Assembly: GCA_030745835.1 (NCBI GenBank) | Contig: JASLNU010000077.1 | Location: 4,521 to 68,520, forward strand | Direction: 5' to 3' | Source of the DNA: Rhodospirillales bacterium | Lineage (GTDB): Bacteria; Pseudomonadota; Alphaproteobacteria; Rhodospirillales; UBA2165 | Length of the DNA: 64,000 nt | Position numbers and translations under genes: made by a program | The notes under the pieces: generated by a model | Database searches by the model: none | What the model saw: only the letters and a program-made list of their open reading frames with translations | What the model was told of the DNA's origin: nothing | Shown: positions 46,218 through 56,012 of the stretch, one piece after another | Layout of the letters: every line of letters starts with the position of its first letter | How positions within the stretch are numbered: position 1 is the first letter of the stretch

Positions 46218-47147
46218 CTATTTTTTCCGTTTAGGCGGCAGATATTTCGCGGCATTTCCCTTGGTCGCGATGATGTGCTTGATGAAGACTTTCTGTTCAT
46301 GCTTCTTGCCGGAAAGCCAGTCGTTCATGATATTGACGCCCAATTTGCCCCAAACCATCGGGCTGACGACAACCGTCATATCGATGCTGCCTTTGATCAC
46401 CGCCTTGAGCGCCGGCGGCACACCATTGAGGCCGGTGATGATGACATTGGCTTTCTTGCCGGCGGTCGCAACCGCCTGACCGGCGCCCATGGCAATTTCG
46501 TCATTGCCGGCGTAAATAACCCTGACGTCGGGGTGGGCGACCAGAATATCCTCGGCCTGATTGAGGCCGCGCTCGCGGGTCAGGGCACCGGTTTGCTCAT
46601 AGACGATCTTCATGCCCGACTGTTTGCCCATGCTTTCTTTGAATCCGTCCGCCAGATCCTTGAACACATTGGCGCCCGCCGGGCCTGAAATCATCGCGAT
46701 TTTACCTTTGCCGCCCGCCTTACCGGCGGCCCATTGGCCGATGTCGCGGCCAATCAGTTTTGAATCCATGGCGACAAACAGTGTCTGATATTTGGATTTT
46801 GAACCGCGCGCGATGGAAATGATCGGGATCCCGGCATCATGGGCTGATTTATAGGCGGCGCCGGTGGCGATCGCATCAATCGGCGAGATCAGGATACCGT
46901 CAACTTTTTGGGCGACCAGATCCATGACACCGTTGACCTGCTTGTTGACATCTTCGTTGGCGGTAACGACACGGATTTTCCAGCCCAATTTCCTGGCCTG
47001 AATTTCGATGCCTTTGCGCATCACGATATAAAAGGGATTGGTGTCCGACGCCAAGGCGACGCCAATCGTTTTACCGGCGGCTTGCACCGCGGGCGAAGCC
47101 GCCAAAATGGCGGCCAGGCCGATAATCAGAGCCAATAATTTCTTCAT
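46218..47147 (-). CDS. Sugar ABC transporter periplasmic binding protein (RbsB-like)
   Basis: 309 aa with signal peptide MKKLLALIIGLAAILAASPAVQAA and a type I PBP pattern (KTIGVALASDTNPFY...). Confidence 0.85.
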   Translation of the reverse strand: MKKLLALIIGLAAILAASPAVQAAGKTIGVALASDTNPFYIVMRKGIEIQARKLGWKIRVVTANEDVNKQVNGVMDLVAQKVDGILISPIDAIATGAAYKSAHDAGIPIISIARGSKSKYQTLFVAMDSKLIGRDIGQWAAGKAGGKGKIAMISGPAGANVFKDLADGFKESMGKQSGMKIVYEQTGALTRERGLNQAEDILVAHPDVRVIYAGNDEIAMGAGQAVATAGKKANVIITGLNGVPPALKAVIKGSIDMTVVVSPMVWGKLGVNIMNDWLSGKKHEQKVFIKHIIATKGNAAKYLPPKRKK

Positions 47148-47216
47148 GCTAATCCTCCAGTTAAGATTGATGGGTGTTTGGTTCAGGTTGATATAATTCT
47201 TGCTTTGATATCCCGG

Positions 47217-48218
47217 TCAGGTTCGCCTGGATTTGATCTGGTCGGCGGCGGCGGCGGCGATAATCACCAGCCCGACGGCAACGCGTTGCCAATAGGAGTG
47301 CACGTTCAACAGGTTCAAGCCGTTTGCCAACACCATCATAATGAACACGCCGATCATACTCTTGTAAAGTTTACCGACCCCGCCATGCAGGGCGGCGCCG
47401 CCGAGGACGACGGCGGCAATCGACGTCAGTTCGTAAAATTCGCCGGCGGTCGGTTGGCCGGACTGTAGGCGCGAGGCCAGCATGACCCCGGCGACGCCGC
47501 CAAGGACGCCACACCAGACGTAAGCCGAGGTCACAACCCGCTTTACCTGAATACCGGCCAGGAATGCCGCCTCGGTGTTGCCGCCGGTGGCAAACAAGCG
47601 CCGCCCATAGGCCGTAAAATGCAACAACCAGTTAAATATGATGAACAAAATAACCGGCACCCAGATCAAGTAATGAATGCCGAGAAAACGGCCGCTGCCG
47701 AGTTCGAGGAAAATTTCCGGCAACCCATCCTCGCCGACGATCGGGCGGCCGTCGGTAATCAGCAACACGACACCGCGCACAATGACCATCGTCCCTAGCG
47801 TCGCGATAAAGGTATTCACCTTCAAATGCGATACAATGATGCCGTTGACGTAGCCAACCGCGGCGCCCGCCGCGATCCCGGCGGCGATCCCCAGCGGAAC
47901 ATTGGTTTCCAGCATAACCCAGGCGGAAACGCAGCCCGATAGCGCCACAATAGATCCAACCGACAGATCAAAACCGCCGGAAATTATGACGTATGTCATC
48001 CCCATCGCGACGATGGCCATCACCGACGCCTGCAAAAGAATATTGGAAAGGTTGACCGGCGATAAAAACCGATCGGAGAGCAGCGCCGTCCCCAAACAAA
48101 GCACAACCAGCGCCATCAACGGCATTTGGTCCAGAACCGAGACCAGCGTAAACCGTTTTTCGCCGGCTTCGAGCGCGACCGGCGCGGCCACGCTTTGATT
48201 TTCGCTACCGTTCGTCAT
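47217..48218 (-). CDS. Sugar ABC transporter permease (RbsC/AraH-like)
   Basis: 333 aa, multi-TM, with the motif ...GGFDLSVGS.... Confidence 0.85.
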   Translation of the reverse strand: MTNGSENQSVAAPVALEAGEKRFTLVSVLDQMPLMALVVLCLGTALLSDRFLSPVNLSNILLQASVMAIVAMGMTYVIISGGFDLSVGSIVALSGCVSAWVMLETNVPLGIAAGIAAGAAVGYVNGIIVSHLKVNTFIATLGTMVIVRGVVLLITDGRPIVGEDGLPEIFLELGSGRFLGIHYLIWVPVILFIIFNWLLHFTAYGRRLFATGGNTEAAFLAGIQVKRVVTSAYVWCGVLGGVAGVMLASRLQSGQPTAGEFYELTSIAAVVLGGAALHGGVGKLYKSMIGVFIMMVLANGLNLLNVHSYWQRVAVGLVIIAAAAADQIKSRRT

Positions 48219-49687
48219 CCGCCCAAAGCTTCCCTCAGATAACCTTCACTATATTCGCCTGATTCTCGGGACATACGGGCGACGATATCACCTTGCCGCA
48301 TGGCCAGGATATTATCACTCATATTGATAACCTCTACCATTTCAGAAGAAGCAAACAGCACACCGCCGCCTTGTTCGGTGAAATCTCTCATTAGCCTGTG
48401 GATGCGTGCCTTGGCGCCGACATCAATGCCGTCGGTCGGTTTATCGAGCAACAACACCTTGGGATTTCCCATCAGCCAGCGGGCAAAAATCACTTTCTGC
48501 TGATTACCGCCGGAAAGAAAACGAACCAATTTTTTCGGATCACGCGGCCGGATATCCAAAGTCTCCATCAGATCGTCGACGACATTGTTGATCCTTTTCA
48601 TGTCGAGCCGCCAGCCGTTCGATACCTCTGAAAGATGGGGCAAAACGATATTGTCGCGCACGCTTAAATCATACATCAGCGCTTTTCGCCGCTCGCCCGG
48701 CACCATTCCAATACCGTTATTAATGGCATCTTTCGGTTTTCTGAGGTTCAAATTATTGCCGGCAATGGTCAACGAGGTGGCGCTATCGCCGGCGCCGAAA
48801 AGCTTCTGCAAATATTCGGGCGTGCCGCTGCCAAGCAGCCCGGCCAATCCCAGCACTTCGCCACGGCGCAAGTTAAGCTCGCCATCATATTCAATAAGCG
48901 GATCGCCGAACTCTAGTTTATGGGGGTGATGCAATTCCTGCAGATCGCGGCCGGTCATCAAGCGGATAATATTTTCCTTCTCGATTTCACCGCGTATCGA
49001 GACATCAACGACTTTCCCGTCCCGCAATGTCGTGCAGCGGTCGGAAAGTTCGACGACTTCCTCGAGCCTGTGCGACACATAGATAATGCCGACCTTCTGC
49101 TCTTTAAGCGAATGAATGATTTCGAACAACCGCTCCGCTTCCCGGTGTTCAAGCGAAGCCGTCGGTTCGTCGAGGATCAGTATCCTGGCCTGATACAGAA
49201 GCGCCTTGGCGATAACCACCAACTGCCGTTCGGCGAAAGGCAACCTATTCACGGAAATATCGAGCGGGCCATGGTAGTTCAATCTTTTCAACGCTTCACC
49301 CGCCCGCTCCCGCATGCGGCGGCGGTCGAGCGCCGGAATAAAACCCAACCATCTTGTTGACGGTATTTCCCCGAGCGTAACGTTTTCAGCTACCGTCGCA
49401 TCGGGAACCAATTGCATTTCCTGAGGGATAATAACGATACCGGCATTCAGGGCTTCTCTCGGATCGGTTATTTCCGATGGCGCGCCATCAATGATTATTT
49501 CACCGGAATCCTTTTTATAAATTCCTCCCAGAATTCTAATAAGGGTCGATTTGCCGGCGCCGTTTTCACCGACCAGCGTGTGCACTTCGCCCGCCGCCAG
49601 ATCAAACGAAACCTTATTCAGCGCCTGGGTGCCGTAAAACTGCTTGGATATTTCGCGGACGGCCAACAGGTCCGTGTTATCAGCCAA
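48215..49687 (-). CDS. Sugar ABC transporter ATP-binding protein (duplicated ATPase, RbsA-like)
   Basis: 490 aa: Walker A GENGAGKST, signature LSGGNQQK, and two NBD halves. Its stop overlaps the permease start. Confidence 0.9.
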   Translation of the reverse strand: MADNTDLLAVREISKQFYGTQALNKVSFDLAAGEVHTLVGENGAGKSTLIRILGGIYKKDSGEIIIDGAPSEITDPREALNAGIVIIPQEMQLVPDATVAENVTLGEIPSTRWLGFIPALDRRRMRERAGEALKRLNYHGPLDISVNRLPFAERQLVVIAKALLYQARILILDEPTASLEHREAERLFEIIHSLKEQKVGIIYVSHRLEEVVELSDRCTTLRDGKVVDVSIRGEIEKENIIRLMTGRDLQELHHPHKLEFGDPLIEYDGELNLRRGEVLGLAGLLGSGTPEYLQKLFGAGDSATSLTIAGNNLNLRKPKDAINNGIGMVPGERRKALMYDLSVRDNIVLPHLSEVSNGWRLDMKRINNVVDDLMETLDIRPRDPKKLVRFLSGGNQQKVIFARWLMGNPKVLLLDKPTDGIDVGAKARIHRLMRDFTEQGGGVLFASSEMVEVINMSDNILAMRQGDIVARMSRESGEYSEGYLREALGG

Positions 49688-49745
49688 TCTCCCGTCTCCC
49701 TCGTCTTCGATAAGGTTATATTTTTTGTTAGACCTTGATCAATAA

Positions 49746-49758
49746 AGAATAGTATTCT
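49746..49758. promoter_or_regulatory. Palindrome AGAATA-G-TATTCT in the divergent promoter region (candidate TetR operator)
   Basis: Perfect 6-bp arms between the ABC operon (start 49687, minus strand) and the tetR-family gene (start 49830, plus strand). Confidence 0.3.
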
Positions 49759-49829
49759 CTAATAAGAAACAAAGAGTCAACCGGTAGATTCCGTTCGGCT
49801 CAGACAATTATAATACGATTAGGTAGCAG

Positions 49830-50426
49830 ATGGCCCAGGTTAAAAAGACATCGGTGCGCGACGCCATTTTGGAAAGTGCGACGGAACTTTTCACCGAACA
49901 CGGTTATTCCAATACGACACTCGCCGATATCGCCCGCGACGCCGCCATCACCATGTCAAATATATACAACTACTACGACTCGAAGCTCGATGTTTTGTAC
50001 GCCATTTACGAACCCTGGCTGGACCAACGGATCGAATATGTGGCGCAGGAAACAGATAAAATCGAAGACCCTAGGGAAAAAATGCGTTTTCTGTTGAAGT
50101 ATTTGTTCAGCGATCTGCCCGCCGACACCAATTGTTTCGCCAACAACTTCATGCAAGCCATCGTCACCCGGAAATCGGAAGAGAATTACTCTCGCGATCT
50201 GCTTCTGCGGTCCGAGGAAAAAATATCCGGGATCATTCGAAAAGCAGTGCCGGATACGGTCAAGGACGCCCTCGCCGATAACATTTTGACCCACCTCCTG
50301 TTTATGGCCCATGACGGTTTTGTCATCAATTACGCCCTCAACGGGCCGTCGCGCCGGGTCGACGCCATTGTCGATCTGCTTTGCAATCTGATTTTCAGTT
50401 CGGCCGCCGCCGATACTTCCTCTTGA
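49830..50426 (+). CDS. TetR/AcrR-family transcriptional regulator
   Basis: 198 aa with the N-terminal HTH ...FTEHGYSNTTLADIARDAAITMSNIYNYY. Confidence 0.85.
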   Translation: MAQVKKTSVRDAILESATELFTEHGYSNTTLADIARDAAITMSNIYNYYDSKLDVLYAIYEPWLDQRIEYVAQETDKIEDPREKMRFLLKYLFSDLPADTNCFANNFMQAIVTRKSEENYSRDLLLRSEEKISGIIRKAVPDTVKDALADNILTHLLFMAHDGFVINYALNGPSRRVDAIVDLLCNLIFSSAAADTSS

Positions 50427-50437
50427 CGGGAATTGCC

Positions 50438-51406
50438 ATGGCACGGAAGGAACCTTTCCAGCCGAACCCCGAACAATTGAAACTGGCGCCCGATATTAGC
50501 GGCCGGGAAATCAACGGCGTCGGTGAAAGCGGGCGAAGACGGCCAACCCGCATTTATTGGCACGACCCGGACACCATCGCCCACGGCAAGATGCAGCTTT
50601 GGTTTTATTCGCAAAACAACAGCGCGCGCGCCGCCGAAGCCCGGCGCATCGCTTATCAAATCGACGCCCTGCCGTTGCCCGATATCGCCGGCAAAAAAGA
50701 ACAGGCGCCGGCCGGAGAATGGACCGCCAAGGTGAAGGAGCTGGCGCTCCGGGCGAGCGCCGAATCGGTGGGCATCGCCAGAATGCGGCCCGAGTGGCTG
50801 TTCGAGGGAAGCGACCTCGACTACCGCTGGATCATCATCGTCGCCATGAAGATGGACTTCGACAACCTGGCCCAGGCGCCGAGCGTCACCACTTCCGTCG
50901 AAACCATGGCCCAATATAGCCGGGGCGCGAAGATCGCCAAAACGGTCGCCGGCTGGATCAGGGAGCGGGGCTGGGACGCCCACCCGCATTGCGGTCCGGC
51001 ATCGGGACCGGTGTTGCTGATCCCGGCGGCCATCGAAGCCGGCATCGGTCAGCTTGGCAAACACGGCTCGATGATCAGCCGGCAACACGGCTCCAACTTC
51101 CGCCTGGCCGGGATCATGACCGATCTTCCGCTGATCGCCGATGAGCCGGCCGACTTCGGTTCCGACGATTTTTGCCAGAGCTGCAAAATCTGCATCGACG
51201 CCTGTCCGCCGCTGGCGATCGGCAATGAAAAGCAAATGGTCCGGGGCGATCGAAAATGGTATACCGACTTCGACAGGTGCGTTTACTATTTCAACGAAAA
51301 TATGAGCTGTGCCATCTGCCTCGCGGTCTGCCCCTGGAGCAAACCCGGCGCCGCCCCGAAACTGGCCGAAAAAATGCTGCGCAGAAGGCAAAAGGCGGGC
51401 GCCTGA
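50438..51406 (+). CDS. 4Fe-4S dicluster protein of the epoxyqueuosine reductase (QueG)/reductive dehalogenase superfamily
   Basis: Core AGIGQLGKHGSMISRQHGSNFRLAGIMTDLPL, then CQSCKICIDACP and C-x10-CAICLAVCP. I chose the ATG at 50438 (MARKEP...), 12 nt after the tetR stop. Confidence 0.65.
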   Translation: MARKEPFQPNPEQLKLAPDISGREINGVGESGRRRPTRIYWHDPDTIAHGKMQLWFYSQNNSARAAEARRIAYQIDALPLPDIAGKKEQAPAGEWTAKVKELALRASAESVGIARMRPEWLFEGSDLDYRWIIIVAMKMDFDNLAQAPSVTTSVETMAQYSRGAKIAKTVAGWIRERGWDAHPHCGPASGPVLLIPAAIEAGIGQLGKHGSMISRQHGSNFRLAGIMTDLPLIADEPADFGSDDFCQSCKICIDACPPLAIGNEKQMVRGDRKWYTDFDRCVYYFNENMSCAICLAVCPWSKPGAAPKLAEKMLRRRQKAGA

Positions 51407-51528
51407 AATTATCCTCCGATCCGGCCTTGCATGTTGGATGTCAAGGAGCGGTTGGTGCCCATGTTCCGTTTTCCGTTGTTGCGGATGGCGGCGCGTCATC
51501 GCAAAGGTCGGGACGGCCAAGCCCGCCC

Positions 51529-51560
51529 GGCCGGGGGATTATCGCGATAACCCCCCGGCC
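51529..51560. terminator. Long inverted repeat GGCCGGGGGATTATCG/CGATAACCCCCCGGCC
   Basis: 16-bp arms with one mismatch, about 120 nt downstream of the stop at 51406. There is no clear T-tract. Confidence 0.3.
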
Positions 51561-51659
51561 TGCCTATCCTTCTTCCTCGAAAAATATGCAGAACCAACAT
51601 GCTAGCGCATTATCCGGCGTTCCGTCATCCCTGATCAAGCGTTTTCCGGAGAAATTCCC

Positions 51660-52865
51660 ATGACATCGCATGCGCGCACCCGGCGGTTGGCCGAACAGGA
51701 GTGGATGTTCGACCGGATCATCCAGGCCAACGGCCCCGATTTCTATTGGCCGATGACCGAGGAGACCCTAGTCTCGGCCGGCATGGACGCCGCCGGCGAT
51801 ATCGGCGCCGCCCGCTCGGCGATCAAGGCTGCCGGTGACGTCACGCCGGTGATGGCGAGTATCGGCGAAAAGCGGCGAGCCATGGCCGAGAAGGCGGAAG
51901 CGGACGGCCATCCCGAGACGGCTTGTGAAAATTATTTCACCGCCGCCGCCTGTTACATGATGGCGCAGGGTCCGATCCACGAGGACGACAACGAACTCAA
52001 TCTCAGGCTGAACGAAAGTAAAAACGCCTGCTACGACAGGTTCATCGCCCTTGCCGGGCGTCCGATCGAGCGCGTCGAAATCCCCTTCGAGGACGGCTCG
52101 CTACCCGGCATCCTCCATCTTCCGCCCGATGCCTCCGGCCCGGTGCCGTGTATCGTCCTGCTCGGTGGACTGGACAATTTCAAGGAAATTCTGGTGCGCG
52201 GCCACCACGACAAGATCGTTGATCGCGGCATGGCCGTGCTCACCTTCGACGGCCCCGGCCAGAACGACGCGCTGATCAGCCGAAAGATTCGGTGTGACGC
52301 GGATAATTTCATTCCCGCCGGCATCAACGCGATGGACTACCTCCTGACCCGGCCCGAGATCGACGCCGACAGGATCGGCATCGCCGGGGTCAGCATGGGA
52401 TCCTTCTGGCTCGTCCAGATCCTGGCCAACGATCCCCGCTACAAGGCTGGAGCGGGGTTCTACATCTGCCACGAACCGGGCATGGGCACGATCTTCGACG
52501 TCGCCATCCCGGTGTTCAAGGACCGCTACATGTGGATGGCGGGATATAACGACGAGGCCGCATTCGACAAATTCGCCAAGACGCTGACCCTGGAGGGGTT
52601 GGGCGCCAAGATCAACCGCCCGGTTCTTTTCGTCGCCGGCGAGAAGGACGAGCTCAGCCCCATCGAACACACCTACGCGCTGTGCGAGGACATCGCGGCG
52701 CCGACCACCGTGGCCGTGTTCAAGGGCGAGGTCCACGGCGTGACCGACCATCTCGACGTGCGCGCGCTGATCGCCGATTGGATGAAGGACCGGTTCGACG
52801 GCAAGCCTCTGGAATCGAGCCGCATCCTGATCGACGCCCGGGCCGGAAGCGAAACCATTTTCTAG
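51660..52865 (+). CDS. Alpha/beta hydrolase (FrsA/DHPON-hydrolase-like)
   Basis: 401 aa with the nucleophile elbow GVSMGSF and a helical N-terminal cap domain. Confidence 0.7.
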   Translation: MTSHARTRRLAEQEWMFDRIIQANGPDFYWPMTEETLVSAGMDAAGDIGAARSAIKAAGDVTPVMASIGEKRRAMAEKAEADGHPETACENYFTAAACYMMAQGPIHEDDNELNLRLNESKNACYDRFIALAGRPIERVEIPFEDGSLPGILHLPPDASGPVPCIVLLGGLDNFKEILVRGHHDKIVDRGMAVLTFDGPGQNDALISRKIRCDADNFIPAGINAMDYLLTRPEIDADRIGIAGVSMGSFWLVQILANDPRYKAGAGFYICHEPGMGTIFDVAIPVFKDRYMWMAGYNDEAAFDKFAKTLTLEGLGAKINRPVLFVAGEKDELSPIEHTYALCEDIAAPTTVAVFKGEVHGVTDHLDVRALIADWMKDRFDGKPLESSRILIDARAGSETIF

Positions 52866-53043
52866 TATCCGCTGTCACAAACCCCCGGCTCGATTCTAGG
52901 GATGCTTGAACTTCGTGAGCCCGATGGTTATGTTTTCGCGTCACCACCTTTATCGAACCGGTGGTGTCATGATCGCCCGGCAATCAGATATTGGTTATCG
53001 GGTTTGATTAAACGAATACATATATTTTGGGGGGATTATTATC

Positions 53044-54066
53044 ATGCAAATTCATCGGATTAATGCCACGCTTGCCGGGGCTTTCCTTGGTATTGCGCTT
53101 GTCGCCGGCGCCGCTTCCTTCGACGCCGCCGCGGCCAAGGAGTTGAAGCTCGCCAGCTTTACGCCGGCGCCCCATCATCTGAACAAGCACGTCTTCGGGC
53201 CGTTGGCCAAGAAAGTCGCCGCGGCCACCGGCGGTTCGCTGACCATCAAGCTGTTCGTCGGCGGCTCGCTGGGCAAGGGACCGATCCAGCAGTACAAGCG
53301 CGTGGTCGAGAGGGTCGCCGACATGACCTTCGGCGTCCACGCCTATACGGCGACCTTGTTCCCGCGCACGTTGATCGCCGGACGGCCGGGACTGGGCAAT
53401 ACCTCCGACGAGGTCACCCGCCGGCTGTGGCGGGTTTACGACAAATATTTCAAGGGCGAATACAAGCGGGTCAAGGTGCTGGGCATCTGGTCGAACTGGC
53501 CTGCCGTCCTGATTTCGCGGACCAAGCCGGTGCGCACTCTAGCCGACGTCAAGGGGATGAAGCTGCGGGTGACGTCGACCTCGGACGACCCCCAAGTCAA
53601 GGCGTGGGGCGCGGTTCCACAGCATATGGGGATGACCGATGTCTACAACGCGATGTCCAACGGCATCATCGACGCCGTCTATATCGCGCCCAGCGTGCTC
53701 TATCGGCCGTGGAACTTCAGCGAACCCGCAAAGTTCGTTACCGAAGGAATGACCGGCCCGTCCAACCTGTTCTTCCTGCTGATGAACAAGCAGAGCTGGG
53801 ACGGCCTGAGCAAGCCTCATCAGACGGCGCTGGACAAGCTGACCGGCGCCGGTTTCAGCGTCGAGACCGCGAGGTCGTGGCAGGGTGCCGATATCCGGGC
53901 GCTGAAGGCGGCAAAGGGTGGCAAGAACGTCGAATTCATCAAGCTCACCCCGGCCCAGGCGGCGGCGTTCGACAAGGTTTCGATGGCGGCGGTCAAGAAG
54001 GATTTGGCGGCGCTCGAGAAAAAGGGCATCAACGCCAATGAAATCTACCAGGCCATGCTCAAGTAA
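53044..54066 (+). CDS. dctP: TRAP transporter solute-binding subunit
   Basis: 340 aa with a signal peptide (...GIALVAGAASFDAAAA) and DctP-family core. Confidence 0.85.
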   Translation: MQIHRINATLAGAFLGIALVAGAASFDAAAAKELKLASFTPAPHHLNKHVFGPLAKKVAAATGGSLTIKLFVGGSLGKGPIQQYKRVVERVADMTFGVHAYTATLFPRTLIAGRPGLGNTSDEVTRRLWRVYDKYFKGEYKRVKVLGIWSNWPAVLISRTKPVRTLADVKGMKLRVTSTSDDPQVKAWGAVPQHMGMTDVYNAMSNGIIDAVYIAPSVLYRPWNFSEPAKFVTEGMTGPSNLFFLLMNKQSWDGLSKPHQTALDKLTGAGFSVETARSWQGADIRALKAAKGGKNVEFIKLTPAQAAAFDKVSMAAVKKDLAALEKKGINANEIYQAMLK

Positions 54067-54120
54067 CCGCAGGCCGAACTTCGAAGGCGCAAGAAAAACT
54101 TGCCCGTTCGCGATCACCTC

Positions 54121-54630
54121 ATGGATCACGCCCTCGGTTTTATCGAGCGCGTGGTCCGTATTATCGCGCTGTGGTTCGGCGGCGTAGTGCTGTTCATCAT
54201 GATGGGGCTGACCGTCGTCGACGTCATATTCCGCGACGTGCTCAACGCTCCCATATTCGGTGCCGAGGACCTGTCGCGGCTGGCCCTGTTGATCGTTGTC
54301 GCCACGGCCGTGGCCTATTCGGGGCGCACCGGCGGGCAGGTCGCGGTCGAGCTTTTTAGCGACGCGTTGGGACCGGGTATCACCCGGTGGACGGACAAGT
54401 TGGTCCGTCTGATCGGGGCGGCGATGTTTACCGTGCTCGCCTGGCGTCTGCTCATCAACGGACGCGACGCTGCGATCTACGGCGAAACCTCTCAGGGGCT
54501 TTTGCTGTCCCATGGTCCCTTCTATTACATCCTCGCCGCCGGCATGGGTCTCTATGCGCTGGTGCTGGCCGTCGAGATATTCGCCAAGACCGGCGACGGC
54601 GAAGCACCGCCGTCGGAAGAGGGTCTCTAG
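54121..54630 (+). CDS. dctQ: TRAP transporter small permease subunit
   Basis: About 169 aa with four TM segments. I chose the ATG at 54121 (the track gives a TTG at 54100). Confidence 0.8.
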   Translation: MDHALGFIERVVRIIALWFGGVVLFIMMGLTVVDVIFRDVLNAPIFGAEDLSRLALLIVVATAVAYSGRTGGQVAVELFSDALGPGITRWTDKLVRLIGAAMFTVLAWRLLINGRDAAIYGETSQGLLLSHGPFYYILAAGMGLYALVLAVEIFAKTGDGEAPPSEEGL

Positions 54631-54639
54631 GGACGCGCC

Positions 54640-55946
54640 ATGTCGGGCACGCTGATCGGAACCATCGGGCTTCTGGCCCTGTTCGTCCTCCTCGTCCTTC
54701 GCATGCCGGTGGCGATGGCCATGCTGGTCGTCGGCTTCGTCGGCACCGTGGCGATGAACGGCCTCAACGCGGCCTTCGCCACGCTTTCCGGCGAGACCTT
54801 CGAATTCTCGACCTTTTATGCGCTGCTGGTGGTGCCGCTGTTCATCCTGATGGGCAATTTGGCCGGGGTGTCGGGGATGAGCCGCGATCTCTACGGCGCG
54901 GCTTACGCCTGGTTCGGTCACTGGCGGGGCGGCTTGGCATCGGCGACGATCGCCGGCTGCGCCGGGTTCGCCGCGATGAGTGGCTCATCGATCGCCGCGG
55001 CGGTAACCATGGGCCGGGTCGCGCTCCCCGAGATGAAGCGCTTCGGCTACGACGATGCGCTGGCCACCGGCAGTGTCGCCGCCGGCGGCACGCTGGGCAT
55101 CTTGATCCCGCCGTCGGTCGGCATGGTGGTCTATGCCATCCTGACCGAGCAGTCGATCGGCAAGCTGTTCATCGCCGGTGTCTTCCCCGGCCTTTTGCTG
55201 ACCGCGTTGTTCCTGATCGCCATCGCCACGATGACGCGGCTGTGGCCGCACCTCGGTCCGGCCGGCTCGAAAACCGGCCTTGGCGAGAAGCTGGCCAGCC
55301 TGCGCCGCGCCAGCACCATGGTCGGCATCGTCGTGGTTTTACCATCGGCGGCATCTATGTCGGCGCCTTCACGCCGATCGAAGCGGCCGGCGTTGGCGCC
55401 TTCCTGGTCTTGATCGTCGCCCTCGTGCGGCGCACCTTGACCGTGGAGCAGCTGAAATTCGTGGTCCTCCAGACGCTGCGGACGACGGCCACCGTGTTCA
55501 TGATCCTGATCGGCGCCCATGTGTTCAATCCGTTCATGGCGCTGACCGAGGTTCCGGCCAATCTGGTCAGTTTCCTGACCGGCCTCGCCGTCGGCGACCT
55601 CGGTATCCTGCTCATCATTCTCGCCACCTACACGCTCCTCGGCACCTTCCTCGAAGGTTTCGCCATGCTGGTGCTCACGCTCCCCGTGGTTTACCCGCTG
55701 ATCCTCGAGATGGGGCTGAGCCCGATCTGGTTCGGCGTCGTCTGCGTGATCGTCCTCGAAATGGGACTGATAAGCCCGCCCGTGGGGATCAACGTCTTCG
55801 TCGTCAAGAGCATCGCGCCCGATGTGCCGATGGGTGCGATCTTCCGCGGCATCATGCCCTTCTGGCTGGCGATGATCATCTGCCTCGGCATCCTGGTCGC
55901 GGTACCGGAGATCGCGCTCTACCTGCCCAACACCATGTTCGACTAG
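54640..55946 (+). pseudogene. dctM: TRAP transporter large permease subunit, interrupted by a 1-nt frameshift in a T-run
   Basis: The N-terminal 233 aa are in frame 1 (54640-~55337). The C-terminal ...FTIGGIYVGAFTPIEAAGVGAF...LPNTMFD is in frame 0 (55338-55946). GTGGTTTTACC at 55333-55343 would restore VVV(F/L)TIGG if the T4 run were T5. Confidence 0.8.
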
Positions 55947-56012
55947 GCCACCGCGGCCGTTGCCAACTTTGCGGCCAAATAACTTTTTTTGGTCAGCTTG
56001 TGATGCGGCGGG

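Noticed and set aside
54387-55337. N-terminal ~317 codons of the 519-aa ORF 54387-55946
   Set aside because: Only the part after about 55338 matches DctM. The upstream part overlaps dctQ and the dctM 5' half in a wrong frame and is Arg/Gly-rich nonsense.
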